From Methanothrix sp. (GTDB taxonomy: Archaea > Halobacteriota > Methanosarcinia > Methanotrichales > Methanotrichaceae): DNA of 62,982 nucleotides. The stretch spans positions 1 through 62,982 of the forward strand of contig JAXGJB010000011.1 of assembly GCA_040770465.1 (NCBI GenBank), written 5' to 3'. Under the pieces are notes generated by a model. That model was not told where the DNA came from. It saw nothing but the letters and a program-made list of their open reading frames with translations, and did no database searches. Below, one piece after another: positions 39,898-49,419 of this stretch; position 1 is the stretch's first letter, and every line of letters begins with the position of its first letter. The position numbers and the translations under genes are program-made.

Positions 39898-41217
39898 ATG
39901 GGGTCAAGCGCAAAGACTGAATCAGATGCTGAGCTGAGCGGTACTGGAACGTCGGGCGAGCTGGAGATAGCAGAGCTGCTTCTCACGGCGGAGATATACA
40001 ATCGATCCGAGAACCTGACCGAGGACGACCTGCCGCCGAAGATCAGAAAACACTACTTCGATCCCGTGGTGAGGAGGGTGAAGCGGCCGGTCTACGTAAC
40101 AGAAGGAGACGTCCAGGAGATCTACGGTCTCGGCTCCGTCCGGGAGGCGGCAAGAAACCTCCCCTTCGTCGACCGCGAGGGGATCCGAGACCAGCTGAGG
40201 CTCACCGTATTCGACGTAGGAGCAAAGTGGTTCATCAGGCGCGACACCCTGGAGAGGGTCAGGTCCAACCCCACCCTGGCCTACTTTTACGAGAGCTACG
40301 ACTCGCTGGACGTCAGCTACTCCGAGGCGAAGAAGAGAAACCAGCCCCTCCTCACCGACCGGGAGTGGATCCAGTCCAAGATCCGGGAGATGACCGCCAA
40401 GGTCGAGGAGGCCGACGACATCCTCAAGCTCGTCCGGATAAAGGCCCCCGAGGACGTCCGCGACCGGATAGAGGATCTGGTCCTGACCAAAGAGCAGGTG
40501 ACCGAGATCGAGAAGGCGGCAAAGGCCCTGGAGCACCGGGATTACCTGAGAGATGTAGGGCTCTACGACATAGGAAAGCTCCTCTTCGTAGGGCCGCCGG
40601 GGACGGGCAAGACCTCCACCGCCATGGCCCTCTCGGGAAAGTTCGGCCTCCCCCTCGTCGAGGTCCGGCTCTCGATGGTGACGAGCCAGTACCTCGGCGA
40701 GACGAGCAAGAACATCGACAAGGTCTTCGACCTCGCCAAGACCCTCAGCCCCTGCATCCTCTTCATCGACGAGTTCGACTTTGTTGCCAAGACCAGGACC
40801 TCCGAAGAGCACGGGGCGATCAAGAGGGCAGTCAACACCCTCCTCAAGGCCATCGACGACGTCAGCCTCGTGGAGGACGGCGTCCTTCTTATAGCCGCGA
40901 CCAACCACCCCCAGCTCCTCGACTACGCGGCCTGGAGAAGGTTTGACAAGGTGGTCAGCTTCCCCCTGCCAGACCTGGCGATGAGGCGGAAGATCTTCGA
41001 GAAGGTGCTGGGGAGGATGGACGCTGAAGCAGACGTCGAGATCCTGGCCGAGAGGACCGAAGGCTACTCCGGCTCCGACATCAGGCTGGTGGTGAGGGAG
41101 GCGGTCTTGAACGCCCTCCTGGAGGACAGAAAGTCCATCGATCAGGACGAGCTGCTCCAGGCGATCGCGGACTTCGACCGGAGGATCGCCGACCATCGGG
41201 GGAGCGCCGCTTCATGA
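39898..41217 (+). CDS. AAA ATPase
   Basis: GPPGTGKT, LFIDEFD, AATNHP, AAWRRFD. Confidence 0.9.
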   Translation: MGSSAKTESDAELSGTGTSGELEIAELLLTAEIYNRSENLTEDDLPPKIRKHYFDPVVRRVKRPVYVTEGDVQEIYGLGSVREAARNLPFVDREGIRDQLRLTVFDVGAKWFIRRDTLERVRSNPTLAYFYESYDSLDVSYSEAKKRNQPLLTDREWIQSKIREMTAKVEEADDILKLVRIKAPEDVRDRIEDLVLTKEQVTEIEKAAKALEHRDYLRDVGLYDIGKLLFVGPPGTGKTSTAMALSGKFGLPLVEVRLSMVTSQYLGETSKNIDKVFDLAKTLSPCILFIDEFDFVAKTRTSEEHGAIKRAVNTLLKAIDDVSLVEDGVLLIAATNHPQLLDYAAWRRFDKVVSFPLPDLAMRRKIFEKVLGRMDAEADVEILAERTEGYSGSDIRLVVREAVLNALLEDRKSIDQDELLQAIADFDRRIADHRGSAAS

Positions 41218-41954
41218 AAGTGACCCTCCTTGGGACCGGAGACGCCATAGGTACCCCAAAGATCGGATGCAGGTGCCCCGCCTGCGTCGACGCCCTCTGC
41301 GGCGGGAGGAGCAGGAGGCTCAGGTTCTCGATCCTGGTGGAGAACGGCAACGGAAAGGTTCTGATCGACACGAGCCCCGACCTCCGGTGGCAGCTGATCA
41401 AGACCGGGATCAGCCGGGTGGACGGGGTTATCTGGACCCACGCCCACTACGACCACTACGCGGGCTTCGGCGACTTTCACCGGGTCCAGAACCGGGTTCC
41501 GGCCTACGCCCTCAAAGAGACGATGGACTACATTTTGAACTATCTCTACTTCATGAGGCCGAGGCGAAACGTCGTCGAGATCGGCCGGCCCTTCGAGATC
41601 GCCGGGATGGAGTTTGTCCTCTTCGAGGTGAACCACCCACCCATCTGCGAGGCGGCCGGGGTCCTGGTGAGTGAGGGAAACAAGAAGCTGGTGGTGACGG
41701 GGGACACAACCCTCCAGATCCCAGAGGCGAGCCTTGACCTGATGAGAGACGCCGACCTTTTGGTCGCCGACGCCATAACCCCGCCGGGGTACGACCTCAC
41801 AAAGCACATGAATGCTGAGGAGGCGGTCGGCCTCGCCCGCGATCTGGGGGCGAAAGACCTGGTCCTGACCCACATCAGCCATCTATTCCCGCCCCACGAC
41901 GTCGCCGTCAAGAAGTGGCCCCTCGGCCACGACATGATGACGATGGAGCTTTAA
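41214..41954 (+). CDS. MBL-fold metallohydrolase (PhnP-like)
   Basis: LLGTG, GCRCPAC, THAHYDH, TGDT, THISH; ATGA overlap with the AAA gene. Confidence 0.9.
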   Translation: MKVTLLGTGDAIGTPKIGCRCPACVDALCGGRSRRLRFSILVENGNGKVLIDTSPDLRWQLIKTGISRVDGVIWTHAHYDHYAGFGDFHRVQNRVPAYALKETMDYILNYLYFMRPRRNVVEIGRPFEIAGMEFVLFEVNHPPICEAAGVLVSEGNKKLVVTGDTTLQIPEASLDLMRDADLLVADAITPPGYDLTKHMNAEEAVGLARDLGAKDLVLTHISHLFPPHDVAVKKWPLGHDMMTMEL

Positions 41955-42100
41955 CCCTCCACCGAATTTTTGCTTTTCCTTCATCTTCAGGTACCCGTCC
42001 AATCGTTGGCCCTCCAGCCGTTTTCTGATGTTCCTCTCCGTTTTTCCCCCCTCACCGGTCGGGTCCCTGATCGAAACTTGTTTATCTTTGCATCCCAGCG

Positions 42101-43858
42101 ATGGTTAGCATGGGAGGTCGTCGTCTTTCTCTGGGCGTCCTGCGCCCTTTTGGTGTGAGTCTCGTCTCTTTTGCAGTCGTATCCCTCGTCATCGCTCCGA
42201 CGTTGGGTGACGACGTCTTTGGCTTCGAAGACGGTTTCGGGGATCTCTTCGAGCTATCCCCGACGCTGGCGGCAGCGGTCGGGGCGGAAGATCCCGGAAA
42301 CGAGACGTCCGAGATGGAGGGCGAGACCGTGCCCAGCCCTTTGGCGATGGATGGGATAACTTTCGTCGTCCCCGACTCGGATCTCGGCGATGACCGGAAC
42401 AGAACCCGAGGTGCCAACTTCTCCTTCGAGCTTCCGGCGGGCTGGACGGCTACCTCGGCGGGAGATCGAAATGATGGAAACCTCACCCTGGAGGGAAACT
42501 GCGCCCGAGCGTTCATCGGCTGGTTTGAGGACGTTGGCGTCGATCCCGACCTCCTCCTCAGGCAGGTGGTGAGGGCTTACCGGAGCGGGTCTATCCGGTT
42601 CACAGTCCTGGAGGCGGAGCCCGGAGGCGCCGTCGAGGTCGACGGACTGCGGGGGTCGACCCTCAACATCTACTACATGTACAGCGGCCAGGAGTCGCAG
42701 AAGCGGCTGGTCGCCTGGCCGTCTCCGAGATCCGGCCGCATCTTCTACGCCTCGTTCTGGTCCTGCTCCGACGGCTGGGAAGAGAACCTCGAAGAGTTCG
42801 AGTCGGTACTGGCGAGCTTCAGAGACGAGCCGTTCGAGGGGTACGCCGTCTTTGAGCCCAGGTCTGCCGCCTTCGACGGCTGGGGCACCGTCCTCTCGGA
42901 GACCCTCCAATCTTACCGCTTCGGAAAGGTTGCAGCACCTTCCGGCCCCGAGGTGACGGTGAGGGTCTCGTTGACGTCCCATCGGGAGGACGGCCGGGTC
43001 GACCAGCTTGCCTCCGAGGAGATCGCGTCATCGACCCGCGGGGCTGAGGTTCCATCGAGGGAGGCCGCCCTCAAAAGCCTCCTCGTCGATGAGGGTTACA
43101 GGGCCGTCGTCCTCCGGAGGGGCGGGGCCTTCTGGGTGGCGGTCCAGGGCCCCGAGGGAAGGTGGCAGGCGATATCCCCGGCCGACGCCGGAGATGATCG
43201 GTCCGTCGGGACTCTGGTCGGTCCCGCCGATGATGCGGAATGGTACCGGGGCCTCGTGGTGGCTGGTCCGGAGACTGCGGGTGAGCCGGAGACATCAACA
43301 GCAGATGAGCCGGAGATGGCAGATGTGCCGGTGGCGGCAGAAGCACTGGAGAGATCCGGCTGGACGGTGGGTGCGGCCGAAGATGTCGGGTTCGCCGACG
43401 CGGCGGCGATCGAGAAGCGGTGCGACCCGCCTCACATGGTCCGGCTCGCCCCCATGGCAGAGGTGAACCTCACCTGGGTCCTGGAGATCAAGGACCTTCT
43501 GGACCGGTACAGCTACTCTCAGGAGGAGGCCGATCCGGGGTCGTTCTTGAGGTCTCAGGTCTGCTGGGCCCTCATCGAGAGGGAGGGGCACGACGCAATT
43601 CTGGTGACCGGGTACGAGGGCCATCCCCTCCACCCCCGGATGTGGGTCGCGGTGAAGCATCCGGGGGAGCTGGGCTACATTGCCGTGGATCCGGCGGCCG
43701 GGGATGGGGGGCTTGGAGAGATCGTCCACGGAGCCGAATACTTCGAGGGGATCGGCTACGAGACGAGCGGCCAGTACTCCTGCCTCCACCCCGATCGGGG
43801 ACTTTCAATCGATCCTGGGACCGTCGGAGTTCCGGCGCAGGGTGAAGCCGCCTCCTAG
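42101..43858 (+). CDS. Large secreted hypothetical protein
   Basis: Signal peptide; FSFELPAGW PsbP-like segment; two related C-terminal modules containing WVAV. Confidence 0.7.
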   Translation: MVSMGGRRLSLGVLRPFGVSLVSFAVVSLVIAPTLGDDVFGFEDGFGDLFELSPTLAAAVGAEDPGNETSEMEGETVPSPLAMDGITFVVPDSDLGDDRNRTRGANFSFELPAGWTATSAGDRNDGNLTLEGNCARAFIGWFEDVGVDPDLLLRQVVRAYRSGSIRFTVLEAEPGGAVEVDGLRGSTLNIYYMYSGQESQKRLVAWPSPRSGRIFYASFWSCSDGWEENLEEFESVLASFRDEPFEGYAVFEPRSAAFDGWGTVLSETLQSYRFGKVAAPSGPEVTVRVSLTSHREDGRVDQLASEEIASSTRGAEVPSREAALKSLLVDEGYRAVVLRRGGAFWVAVQGPEGRWQAISPADAGDDRSVGTLVGPADDAEWYRGLVVAGPETAGEPETSTADEPEMADVPVAAEALERSGWTVGAAEDVGFADAAAIEKRCDPPHMVRLAPMAEVNLTWVLEIKDLLDRYSYSQEEADPGSFLRSQVCWALIEREGHDAILVTGYEGHPLHPRMWVAVKHPGELGYIAVDPAAGDGGLGEIVHGAEYFEGIGYETSGQYSCLHPDRGLSIDPGTVGVPAQGEAAS

Positions 43859-43865
43859 AAAGCCA

Positions 43866-45794
43866 TCACCGCGCGCCGCCCCCGCCGCCTCCAAACCCAC
43901 CACCGCCACCAAACCCGCCTCCTCCAGACCCGCCAGAACTGCTGCTGGGCGGTACCGTCAATCCGTAAGAGTGTCTGAAGGTGCCGGGCATATCGCTGGA
44001 AGCCCGGATCTCCGGAATCTCGACGTTCAAGGCCTCCATCGCCTCCACGACCTTAGCGCCCACCCCCAGGGCGGTTCCATAGACGAGCCACTCCTTCCAC
44101 ATATTCAGGTCTTCGGGGGCGTACTTCTGGATAGAGGCGAAGTCTGACAGATGTCTTCGGAAGGCATCCCACTCCAGCTTCTCTTTGTAGTAGTCCCCCT
44201 TCCACCTGCCAAAGAGAGCTGAGGGAGCTATCGCCACCGGTACCAGCTGGAGCGCCAGTATGAGGAACCTGGACGCTATCGGAGACCGAAAAATCCCTGC
44301 AATTCCGTGGATGATGATGTCGAGAAATATAATAAAAACCACTAACATTGTGAAATATGTATTGACTCTCCACCCTCTGACCCATCGACCGGATTCGGTT
44401 ATGAAGGATCGCGGGCACAACTTCGGTCTGGCGACGAATCTTCCGCACATCTCTTTGTTTGGGATGTACATCAGCCGTTTCATCCTATCCCTGATGAAGT
44501 TCAGGCTTGAAGGATCGTCCTTCGCATCTTCTCTCATCCTCTTGAGGGTGTCCTCAAATGTCGCCGTGCTGAAAATGCCACCTGAAGAATAGGCCTTTAG
44601 AAAACTCAGAACATCTTTCTCGTAATCGTCGTCCAACTCCTCAGGGCCCTTCAGAAGCTTGATCCTCAAATCGGACTTCTCGGATCTGAATAGGGATCCG
44701 CTCTCCTTGACCTCTTCGGATCCGATCTCTATTACGCCGCGACGCTGGAAGTCCAGGATGGTGGCGTAGAATCCGTTCTCGTTGAAGTCGAAGGAGTCGC
44801 CGTTGAAGACCAGGTTCACCAGCCAGGGCTTCCTCTTCTCCGGGACGTAGCTGAGAGTCTCGGGAACTGTGTACTCTCTCTCCCTGCCGTATCGGAGATA
44901 GATCAGAAATAGGGCTGCCGGCAGGAAGAGTATGAGCCCAGTCAACCAGCGGTCCGGGATTGTACCGCTCCCCTTCCCCCCCGGACCGTCTGCGTTGGCG
45001 GCGAGGGTCCTGTTGCCTACTTCGGTGACGTTTCGCGGAAAGCCGTCCATAGCCCCGGCGACATCAGGATCGAAGAGGATCTCAACCTCCAAAAGCTCAT
45101 CTTTTGGGCTTGATCCCCTCAAGAGCCACACGTCTCCCTCATGGACTACTTCCATCGGCGGGTGGGGGAATATCCGGCGAACGGATCCGTTCTCGTCGTG
45201 GATGGCTATCGTGGCCGTCCGGTACGGCAGATGCTCGTCGGCCAGCTTCAGGTTCAGGTGGCAGTATTCGTCATCGCATTCCAGGGGCGGGTGAACTTTG
45301 AAGAGGTAGCTTATCTCGTATCGACCCCGGGAAAACCTCTCCGGCCGGTAGCATCCCGCCTCGTTTGTCATCGCAAGGGATTGGATCTCCGAAGCCCTGG
45401 AGGCGTCTCCTGAGATGATCTCCACTCTGCCGGACCAATCCTTCAGATAAGCGGTGGTTTCCGCAGGGGGACAGACCTCCACCAGCTCGATACAAGGCCG
45501 ATTGAGCTTTTCGGAGGCGAGGCTTTCCTTGAAGTTTCGATAAAGCATCCTGTACTTTCCGGAAGCTGATATCTGGTAGACGAAACGCTCTTCGAGGGTG
45601 CCGTTCGGGTAGAAGTCCGCGCTGTATTCGTAGACGTAGACGTCATCATGGACCGACAGGGGTTGTTGCGATGCATCTTCGGTTTCATTCGCCGCGGATC
45701 CGATCATCCCCTCCGTCAGAAGGAGCCCGACGGCTCCGATCAGAAATACCGAAACTATCAGAACTGCAATTTGTCTCTCTTCTCTCATCTCCAC
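43866..45794 (-). CDS. DUF2207 membrane protein
   Basis: [24 protein letters not shown], Gly-rich [12 protein letters not shown] tail; downstream of lemA. Confidence 0.88.
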   Translation of the reverse strand: MEMREERQIAVLIVSVFLIGAVGLLLTEGMIGSAANETEDASQQPLSVHDDVYVYEYSADFYPNGTLEERFVYQISASGKYRMLYRNFKESLASEKLNRPCIELVEVCPPAETTAYLKDWSGRVEIISGDASRASEIQSLAMTNEAGCYRPERFSRGRYEISYLFKVHPPLECDDEYCHLNLKLADEHLPYRTATIAIHDENGSVRRIFPHPPMEVVHEGDVWLLRGSSPKDELLEVEILFDPDVAGAMDGFPRNVTEVGNRTLAANADGPGGKGSGTIPDRWLTGLILFLPAALFLIYLRYGREREYTVPETLSYVPEKRKPWLVNLVFNGDSFDFNENGFYATILDFQRRGVIEIGSEEVKESGSLFRSEKSDLRIKLLKGPEELDDDYEKDVLSFLKAYSSGGIFSTATFEDTLKRMREDAKDDPSSLNFIRDRMKRLMYIPNKEMCGRFVARPKLCPRSFITESGRWVRGWRVNTYFTMLVVFIIFLDIIIHGIAGIFRSPIASRFLILALQLVPVAIAPSALFGRWKGDYYKEKLEWDAFRRHLSDFASIQKYAPEDLNMWKEWLVYGTALGVGAKVVEAMEALNVEIPEIRASSDMPGTFRHSYGLTVPPSSSSGGSGGGGFGGGGGFGGGGGGAR

Positions 45795-46384
45795 GTCACC
45801 TCCGGCCGGCTTGGATTCTCATCTTCGCTGGTCAGGTAGCCTTGCCTCCGCAGCTCGTCCTCCTCGAAGTTGAGATACTCCCTCTTCCTCATCCCAGCAG
45901 AGGAGGCGACGAAGCTTGAGGGGACGGTATCCAGCATGGTGTTGAAGTTCTGGATTATGTTGTTGTAAGTGTACCTGTGCCTTGCGATCTCGTCCTCCAC
46001 GTCCCTGATCGCATCCATGGTGGCCACCACCGTCTCGGAGGTCTTCAGATCCGGATAGCTCTCCGCCACCGCGGCGAGGCTTCCGAATATCCCCTTCGAC
46101 TCGCCCTCGATCCTCGTCAGCTCCTCCGGTCCGGCCGATTCCACGGCGGATCGCATGGAGGTGATCTTCTCCAGAACTTCCCTCTCAAACTGGGCGTAAC
46201 TTTTGACAGAGTCGACCAATGCCTCGATCATCTCCAGCCTCTTTTTCATCGCCACCCTGATCTGGGAGATGGTGGCTTCGGCACCGTTGCTGAGGCTCTG
46301 GAGCCGGTTGTAGATGGATACAAAGTAGATCAGGACGATGATCAAGATCAGGATTAGACCAAATCCTGCCCATGTAATTCCCAT
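45785..46384 (-). CDS. LemA family protein
   Basis: N-terminal [19 protein letters not shown]...FNT. Confidence 0.9.
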   Translation of the reverse strand: MGITWAGFGLILILIIVLIYFVSIYNRLQSLSNGAEATISQIRVAMKKRLEMIEALVDSVKSYAQFEREVLEKITSMRSAVESAGPEELTRIEGESKGIFGSLAAVAESYPDLKTSETVVATMDAIRDVEDEIARHRYTYNNIIQNFNTMLDTVPSSFVASSAGMRKREYLNFEEDELRRQGYLTSEDENPSRPEVTWR

Positions 46385-46534
46385 GCAGGAATTAACGGAC
46401 GTTTCTTATTAAGTATTTTTCGATCAAGTATATGACGAAAAATAAAAAATTGTTATTCGCCCACATCAAAGGATTCGGCACACGGAGGGCGAATTTTTAG
46501 AATATGAGCCTGCTCCTCTCAGAGAGCAAGCTCG

Positions 46535-46815
46535 CTAGCTTTCGCCGCATCCGGTGCATGTCAGATCCTCGCATGTCAGCTCGTCCGGCTCGTACCCGTA
46601 ATGCTCGAAATCCCAGTTCGGCGGCTGCCATATCCCGCAGGATGCGGCGTCGCACTCACCCTCGACGACGCCGACGTCGATGACGCAGGATGCATAGACC
46701 GGCTGGACAATTGGTCCATCGACGGACCTCGGATCGACCTCGACGGTGTTCGTAAACCTGCCGTCGCCGGGGGCAAGGGTGGAGGCTAGGATGCTGGCGA
46801 AACTGATCTCATCGG
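46535..46815 (-). pseudogene. Orphan C-terminal fragment of a Cys-rich secreted-type protein
   Basis: Frame with no start codon: ...GRFTNTVEVDPRSVDGPIVQPVYASCVIDVGVVEGECDAASCGIWQPPNWDFEHYGYEPDELTCEDLTCTGCGES-stop; in-frame stop upstream. Confidence 0.55.
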
Positions 46816-47293
46816 CTTATTGCTCAGAGCAGCTATTTCGCGAATGTTCAACGCATCTCCCGACGGAGAGATCGTCCAGGTCGGGTGACGGATCTTCCGG
46901 TTTAAGGGACGATCTGGATTTTATCCCCTTCAGCAGGGATTTCCGTTCATCAAACGCCCTTTTGAGGTACTATCAGCTCGGATGGCATGCTTTACGGGAC
47001 ATTTTCGCAATTAGTCCAATATAGAGATTAATTCGTATTTTGATAAGATAACCAATGATAATACGCCATTTTAAGAGGATCAAACTCTCGGATCAACAGG
47101 TTTATTTACCTGGTATAGATATCGGCGGGTTGATAAACACATGACCGCGAATAACTTCGCAAACCACCTTGATGGTCGTATTTCGGGGGTTATATCAGGT
47201 TTAAAGCCATCAGGGGATGAATTGAAAAGCTTTAGCCTAGGGAAGAGTTCATTGGGGTCATTCCAGATGAGAAAGTCCTCCATATCGGAGATA

Positions 47294-47316
47294 TCACCTC
47301 TCTTGAGGAGAGGTGA
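47294..47316 (+). promoter_or_regulatory. Hairpin covering the Shine-Dalgarno sequence of the kamA-like gene
   Basis: TCACCTCTC-TTGAG-GAGAGGTGA, a perfect 9-bp stem ending 5 nt before ATG 47322. Confidence 0.6.
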
Positions 47317-47321
47317 GGCCA

Positions 47322-48410
47322 ATGTTTGATTCAACGTGCACTTCCGGCGGCGAAACCGATTTTGCGGCCGAATCTTCCGAAGATAAGCCTCCACAAAGAG
47401 CCGAAACCGTCCACGAGCTTCTGGCCCGCCTCGGCGGCGACATGGAGGAGATCGAGCGCGTCAAGCGGGTCTACCCCATGAAGATCAGCAGCCACTTCAT
47501 GAGCCTCATCAAAGAGAAGGACGACCCCATCTGGAGGCAGGCGGTCCCCGCCGCCGAGGAGCTATCCGACTTTCGGAACGTCGCCGACCCGCTCTCGGAG
47601 GGGAGGGACACCAAGGTCCCCGGCCTCATCCACCGCTACCCCGACCGGGTCCTCCTCCTGATCAGCTCCAAGTGCGCCATGTACTGCAGGTTCTGCACCC
47701 GAAAACGGTCCGTCGGGAGGGTCGAGCAGACCCCCATGCAGCAGATCTTCAAGGGGATCGACTACATCCGGGGCCACCCCGAGGTGAGAGACGTCCTCCT
47801 CAGCGGCGGCGATCCGCTCCTCCGGAGTAACCGGGAGCTGGACATCATCCTCCGGGAGCTGAGGTCCATCCCTCACGTCGAGATCATCAGGATAGGGACG
47901 AGGGTACCCTCGGTGATGCCCGAGCGGGTCACCCCGAGGCTCGTCAAGGTCCTCAAGAAGTACCATCCCCTCTACATGAACATCCACTTCGAGCACCCGA
48001 GAGAGATCAACCCCGAGAGCGAGCGGGCCCTCAAGCTCCTCGCCGACGCCGGGATACCCCTGGGGAGCCAGACGGTCCTCCTCCGGGGGGTCAACGACGA
48101 CCCCGAGGTTATGAAGGATCTGATGCAGAAGCTGGTCCGAAACCGGGTCAGGCCCTACTACATCTACCTCTGCGACCTGGTGAAGGGGGTCGAGCACTTC
48201 AGAACACCCCTCCAGACGGGCTTCGACGTGATTCACCATCTACAGGGCCACACCTCGGGGCTCTGCGTCCCCCACCTGATCATAGACTCGCCGGGCGGAG
48301 GAAAGATCCCGATACTTCCGCCCGACTACCTCATCTCCAACGACGAGGAGAAGGCGGTCATATCCAACTACAAGGGCGAGGTCTACGAGTACCCCAACCC
48401 GAGGATCTGA
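47322..48410 (+). CDS. KamA family radical SAM/PLP 2,3-aminomutase
   Basis: GLIHRYPDRVL, CAMYCRFCTRKR, LLSGGDPL, IRIGTR, QTVLLRGVND, RPYYIYLCD, IDSPGGGKIP. Confidence 0.92.
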   Translation: MFDSTCTSGGETDFAAESSEDKPPQRAETVHELLARLGGDMEEIERVKRVYPMKISSHFMSLIKEKDDPIWRQAVPAAEELSDFRNVADPLSEGRDTKVPGLIHRYPDRVLLLISSKCAMYCRFCTRKRSVGRVEQTPMQQIFKGIDYIRGHPEVRDVLLSGGDPLLRSNRELDIILRELRSIPHVEIIRIGTRVPSVMPERVTPRLVKVLKKYHPLYMNIHFEHPREINPESERALKLLADAGIPLGSQTVLLRGVNDDPEVMKDLMQKLVRNRVRPYYIYLCDLVKGVEHFRTPLQTGFDVIHHLQGHTSGLCVPHLIIDSPGGGKIPILPPDYLISNDEEKAVISNYKGEVYEYPNPRI

Positions 48411-48411
48411 G

Positions 48412-49419
48412 ATGAAGGTCGCCCTCACCTGCAACACCCTCCCCCCCGACTACAGCCGGGAGTCGGGGGACGACACCTTCGCCGAGTTCGACGCGCCCTC
48501 GACGATCTCAGCGATCAGAACGGCCCTGCTGAACCGTTGCGACGAGGTCGAGGTGGTCGAGGCGGACGAGGACGCCTACGAGCGGCTCCGGCGCGGAAAC
48601 TTCGACTTCGCCTTCAACATCGCCGAGGGGGTCCGGGGAGAGGCGAGGGAGGCCCAGATCCCGGCGATGCTGGAGATGCTGGGAATCCCCTACTCGGGCT
48701 CCGGGGTCACAACCCTCGCCATAACCCTCGACAAACGAAGGACGAAGGAGGTCCTCGAAGCCAACGGCATCCGGACCCCGAGGTTCCAGCTCCTGAGCCG
48801 GGCCAATGATCTCAGGTCCGACCTCAAATTCCCGCTTTTCTTGAAGCCGAACGGCGAGGGGTCGAGCCGGGGGATCACCGCCAAATCCCTGGTCAGCTCG
48901 AAAGAGGAGCTGGAAGAGACCGTCTCCGAGATGGCGGCGGCTTACCGGCAGCCGGTCCTCGTCGAGGAGTACCTGACGGGTAGAGAGTTCACGGTGGGGC
49001 TCGTTGGAAACCCGCCGGAGGTCCTTCCAATAGTCGAGGTGAGCTTCGAGGGGCTCCCCGCCGGAGCGCCGAAGTTCGACTGCTACGAGGTGAAGTGGAT
49101 TTACGACTCCCTGGATGCGGGGTTCGATACCACGACCTGCCCCGCCAACCTGGACGACGACCTCCGAGCCAGGATCTCTGAGGCGGCGACGAGGACCTTC
49201 GAGGCCCTGGAGGTGAGAGACCTGTGCAGGCTCGACCTCCGACTCGACGAAGACGGCGAGCCATCCGTCTTCGACGTCAACGCCCTCCCCGGACTCATCC
49301 CCGACCCCGCCGAGAACTCCCGGTTCCCCAAGGCCGCCTATGCTGCCGGATACTCGTACGAAGAGCTTATAGGCAGAGTCTTCGATGCAGCTCTCGCACG
49401 AGAGGGAATTTTGAGATGA
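48412..49419 (+). CDS. D-Ala-D-Ala-ligase-like ATP-grasp enzyme
   Basis: FNIAEG, GIPYSGS, DKRRTK, KPNGEGSSRGI, VEEYLTGREFTV, RLDLR, DVNALPGL. Confidence 0.9.
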   Translation: MKVALTCNTLPPDYSRESGDDTFAEFDAPSTISAIRTALLNRCDEVEVVEADEDAYERLRRGNFDFAFNIAEGVRGEAREAQIPAMLEMLGIPYSGSGVTTLAITLDKRRTKEVLEANGIRTPRFQLLSRANDLRSDLKFPLFLKPNGEGSSRGITAKSLVSSKEELEETVSEMAAAYRQPVLVEEYLTGREFTVGLVGNPPEVLPIVEVSFEGLPAGAPKFDCYEVKWIYDSLDAGFDTTTCPANLDDDLRARISEAATRTFEALEVRDLCRLDLRLDEDGEPSVFDVNALPGLIPDPAENSRFPKAAYAAGYSYEELIGRVFDAALAREGILR

